Of a DNA stretch of 64,000 nucleotides, positions 1 to 12,800 are shown piece by piece. Source of the stretch: Mobula hypostoma (taxonomy: Eukaryota); NCBI RefSeq assembly GCF_963921235.1, contig NC_086097.1, forward strand, positions 65,660,001 through 65,724,000. The letters run 5' to 3'. Within the stretch, counting starts at the first letter, position 1. Each line of letters starts with the position of its first letter. Under the pieces are notes generated by a model. The model saw nothing but the letters and a program-made list of their open reading frames with translations. It had not been told where the DNA came from and made no database searches. Made by a program: the position numbers and the translations under genes.

Positions 1-229
1 GGAAAATTAAATGCATGGAATTTTGCCACAGATCAAACTTAACCTAATTGGACATTGGAATTTGCCTGACAGAGTACAAACTAGCCTACACTGCCTTCCA
101 GCTTATTGATATACAAATATCAGGAGAGAAATAAGAAAATAAAAAGATAAGTTACCTCAAACAGTCTAGTAGGAGAAGATCATTATTAATTCATTATAGA
201 ACCTAATGACCTCATATAAAGTTCTTCGT

Positions 230-1015
230 AGTGGCATAGTTGTCTTAATCTATTACTAAAAGTGTTCCTCTGTTCAGCCAAGGTTGTATGCAGAGGGTGA
301 GAAACATTGCCCAGAATTGTCAGGATTTTCCACAGGGTCCTTTGTTCTACCACAGCCTCCAATGTGTCCAGTTAGACTCCTATAACAGAGCCTGCCTTTC
401 TAATCAGTTTACTGAGCCTTTTGGCATCACCCGGGTTGAAAATTGTATTGCAAAGAAAATTACTGGCAACATCAGACTGTTCGAACATGTGAAGGAGAGG
501 CCTGTGTACTCCAAAGGACCTCAGTCTTCTCAAGAAGTAGAGGTAATTCTCGCCCTTGTACACAGCCTCTGTGTTGGTGCTCCACTCAAGTCTGTCATCT
601 AGGTGCACTGCCAGGTACTTGTAGGTTCTCACTTCATCAATGTCCTCACCATCAATAGCAACAGGGAAGAGTGCAGGCTTAGTCTCCCTAAAGTCCATCA
701 CCATTTCCTTTGTCTTACGGATGTTGAGCTGCAGATGATTCAGCCCGCACCATTTGACAAAGTTCTCCACCAGGGTCTGGTATTCATCCTCCTGTCTTCT
801 CTTTATACACCCAACTATTGTTGAGTCATCAGAGCATTTCTGCAGATGATATGACTCTGTGTCGATTCTAAAGTCCAAGCCATACACGGTAAGCAGGAAA
901 GGAGCCATTACAGTCCCCTGTGGGGCCTCGGTGCTGCTTATAGCCATGTCTGACACACCGCTCTGAAGCTGCAGAAGCTGTGGTCTGCCAGTTAGGTAGT
1001 CCATTATCCAGGATA
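230..1015 (-). mobile_element. Rex1/Babar-type LINE reverse transcriptase fragment
   Basis: ORF 372..1004 has APQGTVMAPFLLTVY, a degenerate YADD-type motif (CSDDSTIVG) and WCGLNHLQLNIRKTKEMVMDFR, typical of Rex1/Babar RT. Confidence 0.85.
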
Positions 1016-1277
1016 CCTTGGAAGTGTCAACCCATCTACACAGAGGCTTTGGGGAATTATAGACAGGTTAAATGAATGAGAAAAGATATTGAATATAATG
1101 TAGAAAATTGGGAGCACATTAACTTCAGTGGAAAAATAAAGATTAAGTACTGTTTTTCATGTTTGAAGAAACTGCGTGTCTGTATGTTTGCTATACTGGA
1201 TAGGGTGGGCTTGCTTTCCTTCCAATGGAAAAAAGCTGATTAAGGTATATATAAAAAAAAATTGAGCAGCATAGATG

Positions 1278-3755
1278 CCTTAATGACTACCACTTAATAG
1301 CCCTGTCATCCACCAAAATGAAGTGTTTCAAGAGGCAGTCTTGGCCCATTTGAACTGCAGCCTCCCAGACTATATTGAGCTACTGCAATTTGCTGCTACT
1401 GAAACATGTCCACAGTGTGCACCTTCTCCCTGGCCCTACACTCTGAAGCACCTGGGCAATTAAAGACTCCTATATTCGACTAGTTTATTGACTAAAACTC
1501 TACTTTCAATACTGTAATTCCAAGCATACTCACTCCAAATTTCTAGGACTCAGCATCTTCCTTTGCAACTGGATCTTTGACTTGCAGATCAACAGCCCAC
1601 AATCTGTAAGGATTATGAGCAACATCTCTGGAATTTGGAGTGAGTATCTTCAGCATGATATCCTGGAAGGCTGTGTCCTCAGCCCTCTACTTCACTGCCT
1701 ATGCACCCAAGCCTCTATAGCTAGATTTGATTTTAACTCCATTTGAATGTTTGCAGTTGAAACCACTGTAGTGGGATGAATCTCCAATAATAATGAGTTG
1801 GAATATAGAAAGGAGATAGGTTAGCAATATGGTGTCATAACAACACCTTTCCTCCAATGTCAGGAAAACAAATGAGTTTGTCATTGAATTCAGGAAGGGG
1901 TGGGGTGTTTACATGCCCCTGTTTACATCAGCACTGAAGTTGAGAGTTTCAAGTCCCGGAAGACTAAGGGTATTTTACGGTTTTTGGATTTATTTTTAGA
2001 TGGTTCCCTTATGTCTTTTGAACAATTATCTAATAAATATAACTTATCAAGAATACATTTTTTTTAGATATTTACAAGTTAGAAATTTCCTAAGTACTAT
2101 ACTTTCTTCCTTTCCAATGCTTCCTCCTACATATATTTTAGATTCGGTAATTAACCTCAATCCATGTCAGAAAGGTGCATCGGCTATGATTTATAATATT
2201 ATTATGAAACTTAGGAAAGCTCCATTTGATAAGATTAGGGCAGATTGGGAACAGGAATTGGGGCTTACCATTTCTGTGGATGATTGGGGGCAGATTTTAC
2301 AATTAGTTAATACTTCCTCTATTTGTGCTAAACATTCCCTAATTCAATTTAAAGTGGTTCATAGAGCACATATGTCCAAAGATAAGTTAGCGCGTTTTTA
2401 CTCGCATATTAATCCTTTCTGTGATAGATGTTCGGGGCAGATAGCCTCTTTAACTCATATGTTTTGGTCTTGCCCTACTTTGGAAACTTTTTGGAGAGAT
2501 ATTTTCAATATTATTTCTAAGGTATTAAATATAGATATCTCTCCTCACCCTATTACTGTTATCTTTGGACTACCTAAAATTTCTAGTAATCTTTCCCCTT
2601 CAGCCCGTAGAATGATTGCATTTCTTACTTTAATGGCGAAAAGATGTATTTTACAACATTGGAAAGAGCTTAATGCTCCAACTACCTTTTTTTGGTTTTC
2701 TCAGACGATTTTATGTTTGAATTTGGAGAAAATTAGAAGTAACCTTTATGATTCTTCATTTAAATTTGAACAGATTTGGGGACCTTTTATTCGATATTTT
2801 CATTTAATGTAATATTTACCCTTGTTTTTTTTTTCACTGTTTTTAATGGAGGTCGGGATTGAGGACGTGATTTTAAGTTTAACTCTGTTTGGTTTCAAGT
2901 TAGCCCATTGCTTTGCTTTGCTTTTAGTTAGTTGCACGGTGGGTTTTTTTTTGGGGTTTTTTTTTCTTTTTTTTCCATTGATATATATAAAATTTAGTAT
3001 ACTATTATGTTATCTTGGTTTCTTATGTTTAAATTACATTGTAGTATTTTTTTTGGTATTGATACCTTTTGGAATTTTATTATACTTTAACATTGTATTA
3101 ATGTTTATATGGCTTACCTTTTTTGTATACTTACTCAATAAAAAGATTTAAAGAGAGTTTCAAGTCCCGATGAGTGAACACGACCAGCAACTTGTCCTGG
3201 TCCATTCCATGTGGACACCATGACCAAATAGGTGCACCTGCATCTCTACTTCCTCAGAAGGTTAAAGAAATTTGGCATGACCAACTTGACCCTCACCAAG
3301 TTTTATCGATATTCTATAGAATGCATCATTGCCTGGTACAACAACTGCTTTGCCTGAGCCTGCAAGAAACTTCAGAGAGTTGTGGACATGGTTCAGCACA
3401 TCACAGTAACCAGTCTCTCCATGGATTCTGTCTACACTTCTTGCTGCCTCAGTAAAGCAGCCAATGTAATCAAAAACCCCACCTACTCTTTCTTCTGCCT
3501 CTTCCTATCCCTGTAACATCTATTACAAAAGCCTGAAAGGACAAACCACAAGGCTGAAAGATAGCTTCTATCCCACTATTAAAAGACTATTGAATGGTCC
3601 CAGTATGATAGGATAGACTCTTGACCTCACAGTCTACCTTGTTATGGACTAGTGCCTATCTGTCATCTTAATTGTGATGAAGTGATCTGTCTGGATGGGA
3701 TGCAGAGCAAAATTTTTCACCATACCTTGATATTGGTATGTGTGTCAACAATAGA
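1278..3755 (+). mobile_element. Degraded Rex1/Babar LINE, interrupted by an L1/Tx1 insertion at 1959-3152
   Basis: Decayed LNDY..ALSS..MKCF and GCVLSPLL motifs at 1278-1950. C-terminal and 3' UTR remnants resume after the TSD at 3153. Confidence 0.7.
1959..3152 (+). mobile_element. 5'-truncated L1/Tx1-clade LINE (ORF2 C-terminus plus 3' UTR)
   Basis: ORF 2000..2812 contains the C-terminal zinc knuckle (QFKVVHR...CDRC...HMFWSC). AATAAA lies at 3137. A perfect 17-bp TSD GAGAGTTTCAAGTCCCG is at 1942-1958 and 3153-3169. Confidence 0.9.
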
Positions 3756-4584
3756 CCAGTCTATATGCCTAAGAATCCCCAAAAGTTAAAAACACTTGCA
3801 AATGAATTGGTGAATATGGTATATAGGATACTTGCCAGCAAGTATCAGCCAAGCTTTCAGGCTTTTTTATCTTCTGATAGGAGATGAGAAAATATCCAGA
3901 GTGGGTGGGATTTTTGATAATGTTGACTACTAAGGCTGTGTGACGTGTAGATGAAGTCCATGGGGGGAGGCTGGTTTCCATGATGTAGTAAGGTACAGTA
4001 TTGCTGCAGTTTCTTGTAGTTATTGGTAGAGCAGTGACTCCGCACCCCCCCCCCCCGTTCCTCAATACTATTTAGGGATTTTCCCAGTGTTCCATGCTGC
4101 AGTTGTGCAAATAGAAGTTACTAATGACTAAGTAAATAATATTTAACAACATGTATTGTAGTAAACAGCAAAGTACATCATAAATGGCAGCCTTCAAGAC
4201 TGTCTTTGTTCCATCTGATGCTCTTCATATTGTGAATGTAAATGGAACTAGGCAAAGTCAAAATTGTTCTCTCTAAAATATTTTCCAATTCATTATGAGG
4301 TTTTCAGTAGAGAAATATTTTTTAAAAAGGTGGTTATTTGCTATTGACGGCTTGGGAAGTATCATTTACCAAGACTAGAAAAATTATTCCTAGAATTTAA
4401 GGTACTTGAAATTATTGGAGAATATATTAATAACTACCAGGGAGCAACTTCTGTGATCTTCCTGCTGTCCAGAAGACTGATTCATTATCTGATCAATAGA
4501 ACAAAGGACAGTACACTGATGGAAGGACTGGGAGATTCCACAGGGACACTGAAGGCCAACCCATCAGCAATCAACCAATTTGGT

Positions 4585-5458
4585 GCATAAACTCTTCTTG
4601 GGCTTCCAGCTGGGTCCAGATGTCAATTTTAACCATTGTTTTGATGACAAACTTTGCCATCTTCATCATGGATGATGCATAGGTATGTCTGGAATGATGG
4701 TAGAAATACTCAACTCCCATCGCCCATTTCTTCTTGATTGGTTAGTCCTCAACCAATCAGGTTTCTGCTGTCCTACCTTGTTTTAAATCGTACTCCAGTT
4801 CTTGGAGCGAGACACTCATCTTTGTTGAAGTTATTATTCTCGAGTTTTATTTCAATGGCTTCCTTCACCAGGTGGTCCCCAAAGCCATTGGTGCTTATGC
4901 AGTTAAAGCTAACCTTGAACTAAGGATGGCTGGCCTTCACAGGATTGCTGTGAATGCAAAGCAATGTATATTGGCCAAACGGGGCGCACTGTGGAAATTC
5001 GCATCAAGTAGCACAGGAGTTGTATCCGTTTGGGTTACCTGGAGATATTGGTAGTAGCAGAATATTGCATATGCAATAACCACAGGATTGACTTTGCACA
5101 AAACTGTTGTGCTGTGCCAATGGCTTTTGGGACTGCCTGCTGAAGGAAGCCATTGAAATTAGACTAGAGAATAAGAATTTCAACAAAGACTGTGGTCTCG
5201 CTCCTAGTCAGAACTGAAATATGATTTTAAACAAGGTGGGACAGCAGAACCCTGATTGGTTAAGGACTAACCAATCAGGAGGGACGGACGATGGGAGTTG
5301 AACATATAAGCCACTGGACTAGACATGCCTAGCCATTATCCCTGATGAAAATGGTGGACTTTGTCATCGAAACATTGGTTAAAGTCAATGCCTGGACCCA
5401 GCTGGAAGCTTGAGAAGAGTTTATGCGTCATATACACCAGGAGAACACCAGTCCTTTT
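4585..5458 (+). mobile_element. Penelope-like element (Poseidon-like) 3' fragment with an inverted partial copy at its 5' side
   Basis: 4925-5200 encodes a decayed GIY-YIG nuclease (CECKAMYIGQTGR, KEAIEIRLENKNFNKD). 4585-4894 is a diverged reverse complement of about 5114-5426. Confidence 0.8.
5335..5382 (+). ncRNA. Hammerhead ribozyme-like motif (degenerate) in a PLE terminal repeat
   Basis: CTGATGA at 5342-5348, then a hairpin (ATGG...TCATC), then GAAAC at 5369-5373. Confidence 0.6.
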
Positions 5459-6159
5459 GAACTTAATTGATGTTTGGAGTTATCACAATTAGTTGATCAT
5501 TGCATTTTCTCTACTGTGCCTCACCTTCACAAAGAGTAGACAGCTGCTGGTTGTTGTCCAAACAATCCACCCTATAATAGGAATATGATGAGGATAATAT
5601 TTTCACAGATTTATCATGTTTGGTGTGTTTTAAAGAAATAACTAAGGGGTTAGTCCACAGATCATAAAATGAGCACAGCAATTTATTTCATTGCCAGAGG
5701 TTGGTAGCTTTAGATACTTGACAATTATGACCTCATGGCCAAGCAGAATTCAAGAGATAATGCAGAGTTGGATCTCTGGAGTATTTTTCGGGTTTCTTTT
5801 ATGCTTTTGTTTATTTTCTTGATGTATGAAACATTTTCTATACTTAATTCATGAAAAAAGATTGCCATTGTATACATTGTAGAAAATTTCCTCTGTATTA
5901 AAGAAAACAATCCAATGGGATTATTGATGGTTTAAAATTTTGATGTCTGTCCTCACAAGAAAACAAACCAATATAAAATTTCCATGTAGTGTGAAATGCG
6001 TCTTTGGTAAGCAATTTACAACTTCTGTTAAAAAAATACTACTGTGAACTGGTGGAAGCTTATTGAGCTATACTTGCAGGGCTGACAATAATTTAAAGTT
6101 TCATTCTGAGCTTTTTTTTAAACAGTGGGTTTGGAATATGTAATTGAGGTGCACAGCAT

Positions 6160-6360
6160 ATCAGAAAGTCATTCCGTGCATTTCATCCACACCAACCCTT
6201 CTGCCCTACTCCCATCTCCCAGCATTTGTGCTAATTTCTGCGCCATGTTGAGCTTCTTGACTTTATCAACTTTGCCTCCAATTCCCCCCGCCCTCAAATT
6301 TGCCTGATCCATTTCCAGTACCTCCCTCCCCATTCTCAATCTCTCTGTCTCTGGAGACAA
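6160..6360 (+). mobile_element. Neptune-like PLE RT fragment, continuing at 14348-14540 after a CR1 insertion
   Basis: Similar to the PLE RT thumb region at 56700-57130. The halves join across the CR1 with AATTTA repeated at both junctions. Confidence 0.65.
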
Positions 6361-6552
6361 TTTAGAAACATAGAATACCTGCAGCATAAGACAGGCCCTT
6401 CGGCCCACAAAGCTGTGCCGATCATGTCCTTACCTTAGAAATTACCGAGGGTTACCCATAGCCCTCGATTTTTCTAAGCTCCATGTACCAATCCAGGAGT
6501 CTTTTGAAAGACCCTATCATATCTCATATCCACCTCCACCACCATCGCCAGT

Positions 6553-6998
6553 AGGGCAGCAGGCTGAGGGTAGCAGAAACCAACAGAATCAACAAACTCA
6601 TTCGTAAGGCCAGTGATATTGTGGGGATGGAACTGGACTCTCTGACAGTGGTGTCTGAAAAGAGGATGCTGTCCAAGTTGCATGCCATCTTGGACAATGT
6701 CTCCCATCCACTACATAATGTACTGGTTGGACACAGGAGTACATTCTGTCAGAGACTCATTCCACCGAGATGCAACACAGAGCGTCATAGGAAGTCATTC
6801 TTACCTGTGGCCATCAAACTTTACAACTCCTCCCTTGGAGGGTCAGACACCCTGAGCCAATAGGCTGGTCCTGGACTTATTTCCTGGCATAATTTACATA
6901 TTACTATTTAATTATTTATGGTTTTATTACTATTTAATTATTTATGGTGCAACTGTAACGAAAACTGTTTTTCCCCTGGGATCAATAAAGTATGACTA
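6553..6998 (+). mobile_element. Rex1/Babar 3' fragment nested in a CR1
   Basis: ORF 6621..6863 (SHPLH...RKSFLPVAIKLYN), then AATAAA and a TGACTA tail. Same family as 48560-49087. Confidence 0.8.
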
Positions 6999-9354
6999 TT
7001 CCATGCACTCACCACTCCCTGCGGGGGGAGAAAAAAAACTTACCCTTTACATCTCCTCTGTATCTACTTCCAAGCACCTTAAAATGGTGCTTCTCGTGTT
7101 AGCTATTTCAGCCCTGGGAAAAAGCCTCTGACTATCCACACAATCAATGCCTCTCATCATCTTATACACCTCTATCAGGTCACCTCTCATCCTGGGTCAC
7201 TCCAAGGAGAAAAGGCCAAGTTTACTCAACCTATTCTCATTAGGCATGCTCCGCAATCCAGGCAACATCCTTGTAAATCTCCTCTGTACCCTCTCTGTAG
7301 TGAAGCGGCCAGAACTGAGCACAGTACTCCAAGTGGGGTGTGACCAGAGTTCTATATAGCTGTAGTATTACCTCTGGGCTTTTAAACTCAATCCCATGGA
7401 TGATGAAGGTCAATGTACCATATGCCTTCTTAAACCACAGAATCAACCTGTGCAGCAGCTTTGAGCGTCCTATGGACTCAGACCCCAAGATCCCTCTGAT
7501 CCTCCACACTGCCAACACTCTTACCATTAATACTATATTCTGCCATCATATTTGACCTACCAAAATGAACCACTTCACACTTATCTGGGTTGAACTCCAT
7601 CTGTCACTTCTCGACCCAGTTTTGCATCCTATCAATGTCCCGCTATAACCTCTGACAACCCTTCACACTATCCACAACACCCCCAACCTTTGTGTCATCA
7701 TCAAATTTACTAACCCATCCCTCCAGTTCCTCATCCAGGTCATTTATAAAAATCACGAGGAATAGGGGCACAGAACAGATCTCTGAGGCACAGCACTGGT
7801 CACTGACCTCCATGCAGAATATGACCCATCTACAGCCACTGTTTGCCTTCTATGGGCAAGCCAGTTCTGCATCCACAAAGCAATGTCCTCTTGGATTTCA
7901 TGACTCCTTTCTTTCTCAATAAGCCTTGTATGGGGTACCAAATGCCTTGCTGAAATCCAAATGCCTCTCCAAATGTTCATAAATCCTGCCTCTCAGGATC
8001 TTCTCCATCAACTTACCAACCACTGAAGTAAGACTCACTGGTCTATAAGTTCCTGAGCTATCTCTACTCCCTTCCTTGAATAAAGGAACAACGTCCACAA
8101 CCCTCCAATCCTCTGGAACCTCTCCCATCCCCATTGATGATGCAAAGATTATTGCCAGAGGCTCAGCAATCTCCTCCCTCGCCTCCCGCAGTAGCCTGGA
8201 GTACATCTTGTCCGGTCCCATTGACTTATCCAACTCGATGCTTTCCAAAAGCTCCAGCACATCCTCTTTTTTAATATCTACACACTTAAGCTTTTCAGTC
8301 CACTGTAAGTCATCCCATCGATCACCAAGATCCTTTTTCGTAGTGAATACTGAAGCAAAGTATTCATTAAGTACCTCTGCTATCTCCTCCAGTTCCATAC
8401 ACACTTTTCCACTGTCACATTTGATTGGTCGTATTCTCTCACGTCTTATCCTCTGACTCTTCACATACGTCTAGAATGCCTTGGGGTTTTCCTTAATCCT
8501 GTTCGCCAAGGCCTTCTCATGGCCCCTTCTGGCTCTCCTAATTTCATTCTAAGCTCCTCTTTTCTGCTTGCCTTATATTCTAGATCTCTATCATGACCTA
8601 GATTTTTGAACCTCTCGTAAGCTTTTCTTCTTGAATAGATTTACATCAGTCTTTGTACACCATGGTTCCTGTACCCTACCATCCTTTCCCTGTCTCATTG
8701 GACCGTACCTATGCAGAACTCCGTGCAAATATTCCTGAACATTTGCCACATTTCTTCCGTACATTTTGCTGAGAATATCTGTTCCCAATTTATGTTTCCA
8801 AGTTCTTGCCTGATAGCCTCATATTTCCGCTTACGCCAATTAAATGCTTTCCTAACTTGTCTGTTCCTATCCCTCTCCAATGCTATGGTAAAGGAGATAG
8901 AGTTGTGATCACTATCTCCAAAATGCTCTCCCACTGAGAGATTTGACGCCTGACCAGGTTCATTTCCCAATACCAGATCAAGTACAGCCTCCCTTCTTGT
9001 AGGCTTATCTACATATTGTGTCAAGAAACCTTCCTGAACACACCTAACAAACTCCACCCCATTTAAGCTCCTCGCTCTAGTGAGTTGCCAGTCGATATAT
9101 TTGGGGAATTAAAATCTCCCACCACGACTGCCCTGTTATTATTACACCTTTCCAGAATCTGTCTCCCTATTTGTTCCTCGATGTCCCTGTTACTGTTGGG
9201 TCATCTATATATTAAAAAAACACCCAGTAGAGTTATTGACTGCTGACTGCTTCCTGTTCCTAACTTCCACCCACAGAGACTTTTCACCTGAATGGGCAAA
9301 CACCTCATGGCACGTCAGCCCCTCACTCACCACTGCACTGAGAGTGTCGAGAGC

Positions 9355-12300
9355 AATAGAAACCATAAAAAAACTACAGCACAGAAACAGGCCTTTTGGC
9401 CCTTCTTGGCTGTGCCGAACCATTTTCTGCCTAGTCCCACTGGCCTGCACACGGACCATATCCCTCCATACACCTCCCGTCCATGTATCTGTCCAATTTA
9501 TTCTTAAATGTTAAAAAAGAACCCACATTTACTACCTCATCTGGCAGCTCATTCCATACTCCCACCACTCTCTGTGTGAAGAAGCCCCCCCTAATGTTCC
9601 CTTTAAACCTTTCCCCCCCTCACCCTTAACCCATGTCCTCTGGTTTTTTTCTCCCCTTGCCTCAGTGGAAAAAGCCTGCTTGCATTCACTCTATCTATAC
9701 CCATCATAATTTTATATACCTCTATCAAATCTCCCCCCATTCTTCTACGCTCCAGGGAATAAAGTCCTAACCTATTCAACCTTTCTCTGTAACTGAATTT
9801 CTCAAGTCCCGGCAACATCCTTGTAAACCTCTGCACTCTTTCAACCTTATTTATATCCTTCCTGTAATTTGGTGACCAAAACTGAACACAATACTCCAGA
9901 TTCGGCGTCACCAATGCCTTATACAACCTCATCATAACATTCCAGCTCTTGTACTCAATAATTTGATTAATAAAGGCCAATGTACCAAAAGCTCTCTTTA
10001 TGACCCTATCTACCTGTGACACCACTTTTAGGGAATTTTGTATCTGTATTCCCAGATCCCTCTGTTCTACTGCACTCCTCAATGCCTTACCATTGACCCT
10101 GTATGTTCTACCTTGGTTTGTCCTTCCAATGTGCAGTACCTCACACTTGTCTGTATTAAACTCCATCTGCCATTTTTCAGCCCATTTTTCCAGCTGGTCC
10201 AAGTCCCTCTGCAGGCTCTGAAAACCTTCCTCACTGTCTACTACACCTCCAATCTTCGTATCATCAGCAAACTTGCTGATCCAATTTACCACATTATCAT
10301 CCAGATCATTGATATAGATGACAAATAACAATGGACCCAGCACTGATCCTTGTGGCACACCACTAGTCACAGGCCTCCACTCGGAGAAGCAATTCTCTAC
10401 TACCACTCTTTGGCTTCTTCCATTGAGCCAATGTCTAATCCAATTTACCACCTCTCCATGTATACCTAGCGGCTGAATTTTCCTAACTAACCTCCCATGC
10501 GGGACCTTGTCAAAGGCCTTACTGAAGTCCATGTAGACAATATCCACTGCCTTCCCTTCATCCACTTTCCTGGTAACCTCGTCGAAAAACTCCAATAGAT
10601 TGGTCAAACATGACCTACCACGCACAAAGCCATGTTGACTCTCCCTAATAAGTCCCTCTCTATCCAAATGCTTGTAGATTCTGTCTCTTAGTACTCCCTC
10701 CAATAACTTACCTATTACCGACGTTAAACTTACTGGCCTATAATTTCCCGGATTACTTTTCGATCCTTTTTTAAACAACGGAACAACATGAGCCACTCTC
10801 CAATCCTCTGGCACCTCACCTGTAGACAGCGACATTTTAAATATTTCTGCCAGGGCCCCTGCAATTTCAACACTAGTCTCCTTCAAGGTCCAAGGGAACA
10901 CCCTGTCAGGTCCTGGGGATTTATCCACCTTAATTTTCCTCAAGACAGCAAGCACCTCCTCCTTTTCAATCTGTACAGTTTCCATGATCTCATGACTTGT
11001 TTCCCTTAACTCCATAGACGTCATGCCAGTTTCCTTAGTAAATACAGACGCAAAAATCCTATTTAAGATCTCCCCCATTTCCTTTGGTTCCGCACATAGC
11101 CGACCACTCTGATCTTCAAGAGGACCAGTTTTATCCCTTACAATCCTTTTGCTCTTAATATACCTGTAAAAGCTCTTTGGATTATCCTTCACTTTGACTG
11201 CCAAGGCAACCTCATGTCTTCTTTTAGCCCTCCTGATTTCTTTCTTAAGTAATTCCTTGCACTTCTTATACTCCTCAAGCATCTTATTTACTCCCTGTTT
11301 CCTATACATGTCATACAACTCCCTCTTCTTCTTTATCAGAGTTGCAATATCCCTTGAGAACCAAGGTTCCTTATTCCTATTCATTTTGCCTTTAATCCTG
11401 ACAGGAACATACAAACTCTGCACTCTCAAAATTTTTCCTTTGAAGGCTTCCCACCTACCGATCACACCTTTGCCAGAGAACAACCTGTCCCAATCCATGC
11501 TTTTTAGATCCGTTCTCATTTCTTCAAATTTGGCCACCTTCCAGTTCAGAACCTCAACCCTAGGACCAGATCTATCCTTGTCCATGATCAAGTTGAAACT
11601 AATGGTGTTATGATCACTGGAACCAAAGTGCTCCCCTACACAGACTTCTGTCACTTGTCCTAACTCGTTTCCTAACAGGAGATCCAATATTGCATACCCT
11701 CTAGTTGGTCCCTCTATATATTGATTTAGAAAACTTTCCTGAACACATTTTACAAACTCTAAACCATCTAGACCCCTAACAGTATGGGAGTCCCAATCAA
11801 TATATGGAAAATTAAAATCCCCTACCACCACAACTTTATGTTTCCTGCAGTTGCCTGCTGTCTCTCTGCAGATTTGCTCTTCCAATTCTCGTTGACTATT
11901 GAGTGGTCTGTAATACAATCCCACTAATGTGGCCATACCTTTCCTGTTTCTCAGCTCCACCCATAAGGACTCAGTAGACAAGCTCTCTAATCTGTCTTGC
12001 CTGAGCACTGCTGTAATATTTTCCCTAACAAGCAATGCTACTCCTCCACCTTTCATTCCTCTGCCTTGATCACATCTGAAACATCGGAACCCTGGAATAT
12101 TAAGCTGCCAGTCCTGCCCCTCCTGTAGCCAAGTTTCACTAATTGTTATAACGTCATAATTCTACGTGTCAATCCACGTCCTCAACTCATCCGCCTTCCC
12201 CGCAATACTCCTAGCATTGAAATATATACACCGCAGAAGATTTTTACCACCACTCACAACCTTTCTATTAGCAGATTTGCTTGAACTTTTAACATCATCT

Positions 12301-12800
12301 ATTTTCACCCCAGCCATACTGTCAGTTCTGGCACTCTGGTTCCCATCCCCTGCAAATGTAGTTTAAAGCCTCCCCAACAGCACGAACAAACCTCCCTGAA
12401 AGGATATTGGTCCCCCTGTAGTTCAAGTGTAACCCGTCTCTCTTGTACAGGTCGCACCTGCCCCAGAAGAGGTCCCAATGATCCTGAAATCTGAAACCCT
12501 GCCCCCTACACTAGTTCCTCAGCCACTTGTTCATCCTCCAGAGCATCCTATTCCTATCCTCACTGGCATGTAGCACAGGTAGCAATCCTGAGATTACCAC
12601 CCTGGAAGTCCTGCTTTTCAACTTCCTACCAAGCTCTCTATACTCACTCTCCAGGACCTCCTCACTCTTCCTTGCTATGTCATTGGTACCGATGTGCACC
12701 ACGACATCTGGCTGATCATCCTCCCACTTCAGGATGTCATGCAAGCAATCAGAGACATCCTTGACCCTGGCACCTGGGAGACAACAAACCATCCTGGATT
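9355..12800 (-). mobile_element. Young 5'-truncated CR1 LINE nested in an older CR1
   Basis: ORF1 esterase 3' half (12511..12792), a long ORF2, and a 3' tail TTTATGGTTTCTAT on the minus strand. Confidence 0.92.
9603..12056 (-). pseudogene. CR1 ORF2 (APE endonuclease plus reverse transcriptase), 817-aa open segment
   Basis: Motifs GDFN, SDHN, NYRPVSLTS, DFSKAFD, GVPQGSVLGP and FADD are present. An in-frame TAG lies upstream at 12162-12164 and there is a frameshift near the C-terminus. Confidence 0.93.

Noticed and set aside
2822..3151. Hydrophobic 109-aa membrane protein ORF
   Set aside because: It is the T-rich 3' UTR of the L1/Tx1 insertion.
10000..11613. Plus-strand ORFs overlapping CR1 ORF2
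   Set aside because: They are antisense shadow frames of the CR1 coding sequence.
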